Both the position numbers and the translations under genes were made by a program. Below, in pieces: positions 19,430-27,981 of a DNA stretch of 62,679 bases. This stretch comes from Chitinophaga pinensis. Lineage in GTDB: Bacteria; Bacteroidota; Bacteroidia; 2-12-FULL-35-15. The notes beneath the pieces were generated by a model. The model was not told the origin of the DNA. It made no database searches and was given only the letters and a program-made list of their open reading frames with translations. The stretch lies in the NCBI GenBank assembly GCA_945865315.1, contig CAMBDK010000003.1, positions 1 through 62,679 on the forward strand. The letters run 5' to 3'. Numbering within the stretch: position 1 is the stretch's first letter; every line of letters starts with the position of its first letter.

Positions 19430-19975
19430 ATGAAAAAAATATTATTAATTTGTTTTTTATCCTCCATTACTCTATCATCTTTTAGTCAGCTTTTTATGTC
19501 AAAAGAGAAAAAAGCTATATTAAGCGAAGTAAATCAACACATTAAAAGTTTAGTTAGCACAGCATCTTATAAAAAAAAGGCAACGGAAGTGTACAATGCA
19601 ATGTACGTTGTCGCCACCAAAGAGTACAATCAAATAGTTAGAGATTCTGAAAAAAAGGGATATATAGAGGCGAAACAAGAAAGTGATTTATATAAAGAAT
19701 ATGCAACTTTTGAATTAAGAGGGGATGAGCCACCTTACAAAGTTTCATTTCAGGTAAGAATTGACCGAAGAACAAAAGACGCCACAACTGGAGTCTATTC
19801 TGCTTGGGCTGCAGGTGTTATATCTGATTCGTATTACACTAAGCTGCAAAAGGGAGTGTACGAGCTACTTAACGGTAAGTTAGAGCTACCGAAAGACCTG
19901 CTGGATAAAATAGAGAAATTTAATAGTAAGGAAACAAAAGACAGGAAAAAGATTTTAAAAGGTATAGATTATTAA
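19430..19975 (+). CDS. Hypothetical secreted protein (181 aa)
   Basis: It has a signal peptide (MKKILLICFLSSITLSSFSQ) and a Lys/Glu-rich mature part. I recognised no family. Confidence 0.55.
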   Translation: MKKILLICFLSSITLSSFSQLFMSKEKKAILSEVNQHIKSLVSTASYKKKATEVYNAMYVVATKEYNQIVRDSEKKGYIEAKQESDLYKEYATFELRGDEPPYKVSFQVRIDRRTKDATTGVYSAWAAGVISDSYYTKLQKGVYELLNGKLELPKDLLDKIEKFNSKETKDRKKILKGIDY

Positions 19976-20253
19976 GATTCTGCATGAGTAGGGAGTGTGT
20001 TAATTTTTTAAATAGCACAGTTCATTTTACATTCTCCAGCTATCGCATTATTGGGATTAGATAGTTTAACTTTATCTTCAAATTCGGCAAAGTGCCACAA
20101 TAACTACCCCCTAAACCTTAATGAAAGAGCTATACTCTATTTACGAAATAGTCATTTAAATAGTGATTTCATTTTCTATTCAACTCCTCAAGTATAAATA
20201 ATAAATGTATTACATACAAAAGTTGATTGAAAATTAATTCTTGCTGTTGTTTT

Positions 20254-20280
20254 AAAAGACCCGTTTATCTGGTCTTTTTT
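20254..20280 (+). terminator. Orphan rho-independent terminator-like hairpin
   Basis: AAAAGACC-cgtttatct-GGTCTTTT followed by TTGTTT. The nearest upstream + strand CDS ends 278 nt away. It could also act weakly for the - strand gene ending at 20376. Confidence 0.5.
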
Positions 20281-20301
20281 GTTTCTGTCAGGACAACATT
20301 T

Positions 20302-20379
20302 GAATTAGGATGTTTAGGTTTATTTATACCATATTTTTTAGCAGCTACAATTACTCCAATTGCTTCGGAGGTTTTTTAA
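20302..20379 (+). pseudogene. Short remnant resembling the N-terminus of a YqaA/DedA-type membrane protein
   Basis: Its translation ELGCLGLFIPYFLAATITPIASEVF* resembles the conserved YqaA start (..LGYLGLF..SFLAATI.P.SSE..). There is no in-frame ATG, and the frame stops after about 25 codons, exactly at the 3' end of the convergent gene. Confidence 0.3.
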
Positions 20380-21350
20380 TTGCCACGCTTGCGGCAACGA
20401 AGAATGTATGTATTTAATTCGTCCGCACTTGAACTAAAGCTAAATACATTATTAACTTTAAAATAGTTCTGTGTTTCACTGCAATGCTCATAAGCATATT
20501 TTGCAAATTCAAGTTTTGATTTTTCAAATCCAAATTCTTTACAGATACTAGATATTTGATTAGTATTTAGGCAGTTACTTCCAGCAATTTGCTTAGCAGT
20601 TGACAATCTGGTATCATCAAAACCTTGTTTTTTAATCGTCGCTAAAGCACTTGTAAAATCACCTGCCATCATTTCAGCACATCCAATATTTGCGGAAGAC
20701 GTATTATACATCGGACTAATTGAAGAGGAGGAAGAAGATGTGGTGGTAGTAGTTGTTTGCGTTGTTCCATTTACAAGAATTGGGTCATTAATATTAATAT
20801 TCATATTAATTCCTCCTGCATTAACACTGATTCCTGTGTTGTTCGGATCATCAGTTCCAACACCTGTAGAGGTAGTAGTTGTGGTTGTCTGCGTTACAGT
20901 AGTTCCATTTGTAGAAGTTGGAGCAATTGCAATTACTTGAAAAGGTTCACCGTAATGTTGAACATATACATTTGTAGGCGGCGTATAGTTTTCTTGAACA
21001 GGCACCATCGAAAAAAACCTTAAAGACACTTTATTGTTGTTTTTATCTCTCTTTATTTTGTAAGTTACATCCTGCATTACGCCATCTGCATCCGTCAAAC
21101 CAAGGTGTCTTTTTTCAATATCAGCTGTAACTTTATCTTCGAAAATAATTTTCGCACTGTAGTATGCCTGAGGAAGGTCTTCTATTCTTAATTTGGTTTG
21201 TGCTACATTATTTTGTTGTTCCCCATTTAGATATAGGAAAAATTTATCCCCATTATCAGAGAAAATAGTAAGATTAGCAACCGGTTGTTGAGCAATGGCT
21301 AAAATAGCACTAAAAAAAAGTATAAGTGAAAGTGAACTTTTTGTTTTCAT
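20376..21350 (-). CDS. Secreted DUF4476-domain protein with Thr/Ser-rich linkers
   Basis: The internal ATG gives the signal peptide MKTKSSLSLILFFSAILAIAQQ. The C-terminal block MAGDFTSALATIKKQGFDDTRLSTAKQIAGSNCLNTNQISSICKEFGFEKSKLEFAKYAYEHC matches my recollection of DUF4476. Confidence 0.65.
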   Translation of the reverse strand: MKTKSSLSLILFFSAILAIAQQPVANLTIFSDNGDKFFLYLNGEQQNNVAQTKLRIEDLPQAYYSAKIIFEDKVTADIEKRHLGLTDADGVMQDVTYKIKRDKNNNKVSLRFFSMVPVQENYTPPTNVYVQHYGEPFQVIAIAPTSTNGTTVTQTTTTTTSTGVGTDDPNNTGISVNAGGINMNININDPILVNGTTQTTTTTTSSSSSSISPMYNTSSANIGCAEMMAGDFTSALATIKKQGFDDTRLSTAKQIAGSNCLNTNQISSICKEFGFEKSKLEFAKYAYEHCSETQNYFKVNNVFSFSSSADELNTYILRCRKRGN

Positions 21351-21652
21351 AAGAAATAGTATATGTAAAATTATAAATAGTGATAAGCAATAACCTACCT
21401 TTTTGCTAAATTTAATGATTATTTTATTACCTCCAATTTTAAAGTACATATTAATTATTATTAAAAATAAAAAAATTGATATTATAAAAAGAAAAGATGG
21501 AATATAGAAAAGTTTAAATAGCTCTAAAAATTACAACTCACTGTGCAACATTTACATTGAATATGAAATATTTAGATGATTTATATTCAAAAAATTAAAA
21601 AATTTTATATAATTTTACGTTTAAAAATTTGCAGTAATTCAATTACGTTAAA

Positions 21653-23059
21653 ATGAACCCTTACCTTAAAAAATATTTTTTAATTATATTTTGTCTTTTT
21701 GTTGCATTTTTTCAGCCATTTGCTTTTACAAGTGCGCATGCCCAATCTATTGGGGGTATAACATCTGGCTCAGCAATATATTGCGCTTCTTTTAATTCGG
21801 GCTTCGTCAATTTGGATTTTGGCACCTATAATGGTAGCATCATTAGGTGGGAATCCTCTGTAGATGGTGGAAATACTTGGGCCCCCTTATTTAATATCAC
21901 AGCATCTCAATCCTATGATCAACTTATTCAGTCTACCTGTTTTAGGGCAATTGTTAAAGACGGTGCCTTCCCCGATTCAGCCTCCACTATATCTTGTATC
22001 AATATTTATCCAACAAGTGATGGTGGAAAGATTACAGGTGATGGTAAGTTTTGTATTGTGCCAGGGACGGGAGACGGCACGCTTACTTTAACCGACTATG
22101 TTGCCGATACTGTTTATTGGCAATACTCAACGGATGCTGGAATATCATGGACTTCGCTCCCCGATACAACTACAACATTAAATTACACAAACACCACCCA
22201 AAACACTCTTTATTGGGCAATTGTAAGAAATGGTCCATCCCAATGTTTAACCGACACTTCGCTTCAAGCCTCTTTTTCCTATGATTCAATAACTGTAGCA
22301 GGCGTTTTGGCTAGCAGCGACACGGTATGCCCCTTAATAAATGGGAATACAATTAATTTATCAGCTAATGTTGGAGGGGTGTTGGATTGGCTAACATCTA
22401 TAGACAATGGCCTTTCTTGGCTTCCCGTCACAGATACTTCTACTTCCCTTACATACAGCGGCTTGCTTTCAACTACCTGGTATAAAACAATTATAAAAAA
22501 CGGGGCTTGCAATGCCGATACTACCCAACACGTTGCCATTACAATAGTTCCAAATCCCATAAGTGCTGGTAATGATACGGCTATCTTATTAGGCGAATCA
22601 ATAGTATTAAGCGGAGCAGGCAATGGCACAGCTTTCTGGACTCCACCTGTAGGCTTGGACAGCACTAATATTTTTAAACCCACAGCAACACCCGCCACAG
22701 ATAGCGTTTATTACGTGCTTACTTTAACCGATAACCACTCCTGCATTAGCATAGACAGTGTTTTAATAACCACTTATGTATTAGAATTTAATAACGAAAT
22801 AACTAGCCTATTTACTCCTAATGGAGATGGGATAAATGATACTTGGCACATAAAAGATATTGAAAACTACCCCGATAGTGAAGTTTTTATTTATAATATT
22901 TACGGCCATTTGTTATATACAAAAAAGGGATATACAAATGATTGGCAAGGAACTTTTAACGGGTCCAAACTTCCCGATGGTACCTATTATTATGTTCTTA
23001 GGTTTGATGAAGACGATGTCGTAAAAAAGGGTTCCTTAGATATTTTAAGTAACAAATAA
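21653..23059 (+). CDS. T9SS type B C-terminal sorting domain (gliding motility-associated CTD) cargo protein with three ~90-aa tandem Ig-like repeats
   Basis: The signal peptide ends HAQ. Three repeats have the form G.I....C......L.L....G.....W..S.D.G.SW......T..Y.....T..Y.AIV.NG.C. The C-terminus FTPNGDGINDTWHIKDIENYPDSEVFIYNIYGHLLY...WQGTFNG..LPDGTYYYVL matches the type B CTD. Confidence 0.85.
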   Translation: MNPYLKKYFLIIFCLFVAFFQPFAFTSAHAQSIGGITSGSAIYCASFNSGFVNLDFGTYNGSIIRWESSVDGGNTWAPLFNITASQSYDQLIQSTCFRAIVKDGAFPDSASTISCINIYPTSDGGKITGDGKFCIVPGTGDGTLTLTDYVADTVYWQYSTDAGISWTSLPDTTTTLNYTNTTQNTLYWAIVRNGPSQCLTDTSLQASFSYDSITVAGVLASSDTVCPLINGNTINLSANVGGVLDWLTSIDNGLSWLPVTDTSTSLTYSGLLSTTWYKTIIKNGACNADTTQHVAITIVPNPISAGNDTAILLGESIVLSGAGNGTAFWTPPVGLDSTNIFKPTATPATDSVYYVLTLTDNHSCISIDSVLITTYVLEFNNEITSLFTPNGDGINDTWHIKDIENYPDSEVFIYNIYGHLLYTKKGYTNDWQGTFNGSKLPDGTYYYVLRFDEDDVVKKGSLDILSNK

Positions 23060-23179
23060 TTTTAATTGCTTAAAAAAATCAAGATTAAAGAGGCGTAATA
23101 TTTATTTGGAACATTTACGCCAGAGTTAAAAAGTATAGCCTTCGTGTGTTTTTTTTGCAGCACATTTGTATTTATAGAA

Positions 23180-24658
23180 ATGAAAAAAATATTTTCAATT
23201 TTGTTCGTATTTTTAATGTTGTTTTTCTTCGGGAAGATAGACATTGCCTATTCTCAACAAATAGGTCTTTTTAGTCATTATTTTTACAAACCTTTGTTTT
23301 ATAATCCCGCCTTTACCGGATATAAAGATGAAACCGATGCCATGTTAATCAGCCGGTCGCAATGGGCCGAATTTAAGAACCCTCCTCAACTCACAGTATT
23401 TACCATAGATGGAAATTTATTTAAAAAGAAAGTTTGTTTAGGGCTAGGTTTCAGTAGCGACAGAAAAGGAATTACAAACAGGATATCAGGTACTTTATAT
23501 TATGCATACCGCTTAATTTTAAATGACGACACACGTATTTTATTTGGTTTATCATTTGGAGTTTTAGACCATACAATCGACTTTTCTAAGGCCCAAGCAG
23601 AAAGCTCGATAGACCCTACTTTGTTTAATTACTCTTTGCATAAAACATCCTTTGACGGAAGCGCAGGAATAGCCTTTATTTCGAAAGGACTAGAATTGGG
23701 TTTGTCTGTCCCACAAATTTTGGGGAACAAATTAAATTATGTTGATACCTCTAACCTGCGTGCAAATTATACACAGGCTCGCCATTTCATGACATCTGTT
23801 AAATACAAGATTTTTATTAACAAAGAAAAGGAGATTTCAATTGCACCACAAGGATTGGTTCGCTTTTTACCGCAAGCACCATTTCAATTTGATGGGAATA
23901 TTAATATAGACTGGAAGGATAAGTTTTGGATTGGCACCACCTACAAAAGTAATTATGCAATAGCAGCCAATGTTGGGTTTTGTATTCACAAACAATTCTA
24001 CTTAGGCTATTCCTACGACTTTATAACGGGCTTTATTGGAAAATATTCAGGAATTAGTCACGAAATTATGATTAACTTTAAATTTATTAAAAAAAATTCG
24101 CAGGAGGATGCTGTAATAGCAAAAAGCGCAAATGAAGATAAAATTGATGACCTGAAAAATCAGTTGGAAGAAAACCAAAATAAAATTAAAGTACTCAACG
24201 AAAAAATTAAAAAGTCTACGACGAAAGAGCTTGTTAACATTGAAAAAGGAGAAGGAGAAGTAGAAGAAGGAGAAGAAGAAGGAGAAGAAGAAAAAGGATT
24301 GACAGAAACAGAAGTAAATCCGAAACAGCAAACAGACGAATTAAAACCTGGGATTCCAGACGGCGACGGAGTTTTTGTCATTAAAAAAAGCGATTTTAAA
24401 GATTCTAAAAACAGGATACCCGACAAGGGTTTTTATGTAATTGTTGGAATATTTTTTTATAGGGATTTTGCAGCGGAGGAGGTCAAAAAATTTGTTAAAA
24501 GAGGCTTTACAAATACAAATTGGCTTTTTTCAGAATCGAAAAAGAACAACTATATTTATACTCAAAAAGTAGAAAATAAAGAAGCCGCTTTACAAAAAGT
24601 GAAGGAGGTAAATTCTTCAGGAGCTAAAAACGCTTGGGTTTTAAAATTAATAGATTAG
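23180..24658 (+). CDS. PorP/SprF-family T9SS outer-membrane protein with a ~187-aa C-terminal extension (coiled-coil, acidic tract, SPOR-like domain)
   Basis: The signal peptide ends YSQ. The family signature is FSHYFYKPLFYNPAFTGY...ISRSQWAEFKNPPQ, and the barrel-terminal motif is SGISHEIMINFKF. The extension then runs NQLEENQNKIKVLNEKIKK, GEGEVEEGEEEGEEE and GFYVIVGIFFYRDFAAEEVKKFVKRGF...YIYTQKVENKEAALQKVKEV...AWVLKL. Confidence 0.85.
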   Translation: MKKIFSILFVFLMLFFFGKIDIAYSQQIGLFSHYFYKPLFYNPAFTGYKDETDAMLISRSQWAEFKNPPQLTVFTIDGNLFKKKVCLGLGFSSDRKGITNRISGTLYYAYRLILNDDTRILFGLSFGVLDHTIDFSKAQAESSIDPTLFNYSLHKTSFDGSAGIAFISKGLELGLSVPQILGNKLNYVDTSNLRANYTQARHFMTSVKYKIFINKEKEISIAPQGLVRFLPQAPFQFDGNINIDWKDKFWIGTTYKSNYAIAANVGFCIHKQFYLGYSYDFITGFIGKYSGISHEIMINFKFIKKNSQEDAVIAKSANEDKIDDLKNQLEENQNKIKVLNEKIKKSTTKELVNIEKGEGEVEEGEEEGEEEKGLTETEVNPKQQTDELKPGIPDGDGVFVIKKSDFKDSKNRIPDKGFYVIVGIFFYRDFAAEEVKKFVKRGFTNTNWLFSESKKNNYIYTQKVENKEAALQKVKEVNSSGAKNAWVLKLID

Positions 24659-24807
24659 TAGCCTACAAAACGTATCAAATGAATATACAATTTCTAGTTT
24701 CATATATCTTCCACAAGGCTTGCAAATTAAACTTTACAGGGAATTTCTGTTTGCCAACATTTAAAATATTTAGTGCGTATTTGCTGCCAGCATTGCTTCG
24801 TATTAAT

Positions 24808-26628
24808 ATGCCAATAAGCCTTTATGTTAAAAAAAGGAGTGCCATAAGAAATGTAATTATTACACTGTTTTTAATTTTTACCTGCAGCATTTCAAATGCC
24901 CAACAAATAGCTGCCTATAACCATTATTTTTACAATCCAATGATTTATAACCCAGCCTTTACAGGTTATAATAATTCATTAAACGTAATGTTAATAAACC
25001 GCACCCAATGGGCTGGTTTTAAAGGGTCTCCTAAATTATCAATTTTTGAAATAGACGGGAACCTTGCACCTCAAAAAACAGCCGTGGGCCTAACTTTAAT
25101 AAGCGATAAAAAAGGCATTTCAAATAGAACAGAGGCGCATGTATCCTATTCCTATAGAATTTCTATAAATGACAAGTCGCAATTACGATTTGGTCTGTCG
25201 CTAGGCTATATTAACCAAACGCTAGATTTTGCTAAAGGAATTATTGAAAATGCTAACGACCCAATTTTATTTACCGACATCCAGCGGCAATCTGCTTTTA
25301 ATGGAAATGCCGGATTAGCATTGGTCTTTAATAAGCTCGAGCTAAGCGCATCGGCCCCTCAAATTTTTGGTGCTAAAATAAAATATTTAGATGACGAGAA
25401 TATTCGCTTGTATTATTCTCAAGCGCCGCATTATACATCTTCACTTAAATATAAAATTTTTATTGCAAAAGAAAAAGGCTTGTCAATAGCGCCGCAAGTG
25501 TTAATTCGTTTTATAAAAAACACACCATTACAATATGATGCAAATATTAATTTGGAATGGAAAAATAAATTTTGGATTGGCGCTACTTATAAAAACAATT
25601 ATGCCGTAGCGGCTAATGTAGGGTTTTGCTTATTTAAAAGATTATCGCTTGGGTATTCCTATGATTATATGGTAGGGAACATAGCTAATTATGCCGGAAT
25701 GAGCCATGAAATAATGATAAATTTTAGATTTTTGGAAAGAGAAAATACTACAAATGAAAAAGAAAATAAGAAGAACAACAAAAAGAACAACAAAAACAAT
25801 TCTTCAACTATTAATTCGGAGAAAAAACAAGTGAAAACCCTGCAGTCAAAACTAGAAAAAACAGAGAAAGAAATTGAAAAGCTAGATGCAAAGTTAAAAA
25901 AGCAAACAGTGAAAGACACTAAAATTAATAAGGATAATGAAATAAAAGAAGACAAAATAAAAGAAAACAAAATAAAAGAAGAGGAAATAAAAGAAGAGGA
26001 AATTAAAGAGGAAGAAATAAAAGATCCCGAAATAAAAGAAGCGGAAATTAAAGATTCCGAAATTGCGGAGGCTGAAATTGCCGATGCCGATATTGCAGAT
26101 ACCGAAAACCCTGCAGAAGAAACCTCAGTAGATGATGGCAAAAGTGAATTAAATGATTTATTGCTACAAAAACTTATTGAAAAAATTGCCAACCTATTAG
26201 ATAAAACCCAAACTACTAGAGAAGAAATTCAAGAACTACGAAACGAGATAGCGGCTTTCCTTGACAGCGACTTCTCCGACCCTGCAGCTCAGGGTGCATT
26301 AAAAAAAGAATATGACAAATTAAATAAAACAAAAGACATAGTGAATGTTATGGTATCGGGAGTAATTATCCTCGAAAAAGCAAAATCAAAGTTTGACTAT
26401 TCAAGCATAGAATTAACAATAACAGATAAGGAAACATCTGAAATTATTGGCAGCTATAAACCTAATCCTAAAACAGGTAAATATTTATTTATTTTGAGCC
26501 CGAATAAAAACTACTCAATTAAAGCCGAAAGTGCCGGATTCCAAAAATATGAAGAAGACTATTTCACTGACGATAGTGATGAAACCTATGAAATCACTAA
26601 AGATATTCTATTAAAAAAACAAAAATAG
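24808..26628 (+). CDS. Second, tandem PorP/SprF-family T9SS outer-membrane paralog with a ~295-aa C-terminal extension (Asn/Lys tract, coiled-coil, pentapeptide repeats, small beta-rich terminal module)
   Basis: The start is taken at ATG 24808 (MPISLYVKKRSAIRNVIITLFLIFTCSISNAQQ). The barrel signature is YNHYFYNPMIYNPAFTGY...INRTQWAGFKGSPK ... AGMSHEIMINFRF. It is closely similar to the upstream paralog, for example WKNKFWIGATYKNNYAVAANVGFC against WKDKFWIGTTYKSNYAIAANVGFC. Confidence 0.85.
   Translation: MPISLYVKKRSAIRNVIITLFLIFTCSISNAQQIAAYNHYFYNPMIYNPAFTGYNNSLNVMLINRTQWAGFKGSPKLSIFEIDGNLAPQKTAVGLTLISDKKGISNRTEAHVSYSYRISINDKSQLRFGLSLGYINQTLDFAKGIIENANDPILFTDIQRQSAFNGNAGLALVFNKLELSASAPQIFGAKIKYLDDENIRLYYSQAPHYTSSLKYKIFIAKEKGLSIAPQVLIRFIKNTPLQYDANINLEWKNKFWIGATYKNNYAVAANVGFCLFKRLSLGYSYDYMVGNIANYAGMSHEIMINFRFLERENTTNEKENKKNNKKNNKNNSSTINSEKKQVKTLQSKLEKTEKEIEKLDAKLKKQTVKDTKINKDNEIKEDKIKENKIKEEEIKEEEIKEEEIKDPEIKEAEIKDSEIAEAEIADADIADTENPAEETSVDDGKSELNDLLLQKLIEKIANLLDKTQTTREEIQELRNEIAAFLDSDFSDPAAQGALKKEYDKLNKTKDIVNVMVSGVIILEKAKSKFDYSSIELTITDKETSEIIGSYKPNPKTGKYLFILSPNKNYSIKAESAGFQKYEEDYFTDDSDETYEITKDILLKKQK
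25933..26097 (+). repeat. In-frame tandem 15-nt repeat (11 units) encoding (D/E)-x-(E/K/D)-I-(K/A) pentapeptides
   Basis: It reads directly as DNEIK EDKIK ENKIK EEEIK EEEIK EEEIK DPEIK EAEIK DSEIA EAEIA DADIA, from units of the form gaNgaaataaaagaa. Confidence 0.8.
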
Positions 26629-26754
26629 CAACAATTACCGTTAATAGTAATTGCCTTAATTAGTTAATCGTGGCAGAAAAAAAGCCTTTCGAAATTACAT
26701 TGTAAAATAACCCTAAAGTATATTTCATACTTAATTTAAAATATGAATTAAATA

Positions 26755-27951
26755 ATGAGTACTACTGAAACAAATTTCGATTTTAAAATTAAATTGGTAA
26801 CAATTATAGGGGCACGGCCCCAAATTATTAAGGCTGCCGCCTTGAGCAGAGCAATTAAAAATAAATTTGAAACTAAAATCCAAGACATTATAATTCATAC
26901 CGGTCAGCATTATGATGCCAGTATGTCGGAAGTGTTTTTTGATGAATTAAATATCCCTCCCCCTCATTATAATTTAAATACCGGCTCTGAAAGTCATGGC
27001 AAACAAACCGCATCTATGCTTGCTGGAATAGAAGATATACTTATAAAAGAAAATCCTGATTGTATTGTAGTTTACGGCGACACCAATTCTACACTTGCCG
27101 CTGCATTAGCGGCCTCAAAATTACAAATACCAATAATACATATAGAGGCAGGATTAAGATCTTATAATAAATCAATGCCCGAAGAAATAAATCGAATTGT
27201 TTGCGACCATACAGCAACGCTTTTATTCTCTCCCACAATTTCTGGCTATAACAATTTAATAAAAGAGGGATTCAAGATAAATAATGCGCCCACTTATAAT
27301 TCCGACAATCCGAAAATTTATCATTGTGGGGATGTGATGTACGACAATAGTTTATATTTTTCGGATATTGCCGAACAAAAAACAAATGTATTAAAAAACA
27401 ATAATTTGCAAAAGGATGAATTTGTATTAGCTACCATTCATCGTAATAACAATACAGACAACCCAATAAGATTGAATTCATTGTTCAACTCTTTGCACAA
27501 AACAGCATTGAAAAATAAAATAAAGATTCTCCTTCCTCTGCATCCACGAACATCCAAACTATTGAAAAAAAATCTCTCGAGAGAACTATATGATGCGATA
27601 CAGTTAAATACATACATGAAAACAATTCCCCCAGTTTCATTTTTAGAAATGATCGCATTAGAAAAAAATGCTAGATTAATTGTTACCGATTCAGGAGGTG
27701 TGCAAAAAGAGTCTTATTTTTTTAAGAAACCATGTATCATATTGCGCATGGAAACCGAATGGGTGGAATTAGTAAATTGCGGGGCTGCAATGCTCGTTGA
27801 TGCTGATGAAAAAAAGTTTTCTGAAGCTTTTGAGCACTTTAGTAAAGAGAAAAAAATAAATTTTACAAATTTATTTGGTGATGGAAAAGCGGCAGAATTT
27901 ATTTGCGAAGAAATTTTATTACATATTAAAAAGAAAAACAACAATAATTAA
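26755..27951 (+). CDS. wecB: UDP-N-acetylglucosamine 2-epimerase (non-hydrolysing)
   Basis: The blocks IGARPQIIKAAALSRAI, HTGQHYD, VVYGDTNSTLAAALAA, HIEAGLRS, PEEINR and DSGGVQKE are canonical WecB/MnaA blocks. Confidence 0.9.
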   Translation: MSTTETNFDFKIKLVTIIGARPQIIKAAALSRAIKNKFETKIQDIIIHTGQHYDASMSEVFFDELNIPPPHYNLNTGSESHGKQTASMLAGIEDILIKENPDCIVVYGDTNSTLAAALAASKLQIPIIHIEAGLRSYNKSMPEEINRIVCDHTATLLFSPTISGYNNLIKEGFKINNAPTYNSDNPKIYHCGDVMYDNSLYFSDIAEQKTNVLKNNNLQKDEFVLATIHRNNNTDNPIRLNSLFNSLHKTALKNKIKILLPLHPRTSKLLKKNLSRELYDAIQLNTYMKTIPPVSFLEMIALEKNARLIVTDSGGVQKESYFFKKPCIILRMETEWVELVNCGAAMLVDADEKKFSEAFEHFSKEKKINFTNLFGDGKAAEFICEEILLHIKKKNNNN

Positions 27952-27981
27952 ACTCCTTTTTAAAGGGGGCACAGGAGGCAA

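Noticed and set aside
24220-24300. A GAA/GGA-rich tract (GEGEVEEGEEEGEEE) was considered as a possible tandem repeat or spacer-repeat structure.
   Set aside because: It is an in-frame acidic low-complexity linker of the PorP/SprF extension. It shows no regular repeat-spacer periodicity.
25689-26192. A 167-aa minus-strand ORF rich in Ser/Phe/Ile.
   Set aside because: It is the antisense reading of the Glu/Lys/Ile pentapeptide repeat region of the PorP/SprF paralog. It is a low-complexity artefact.
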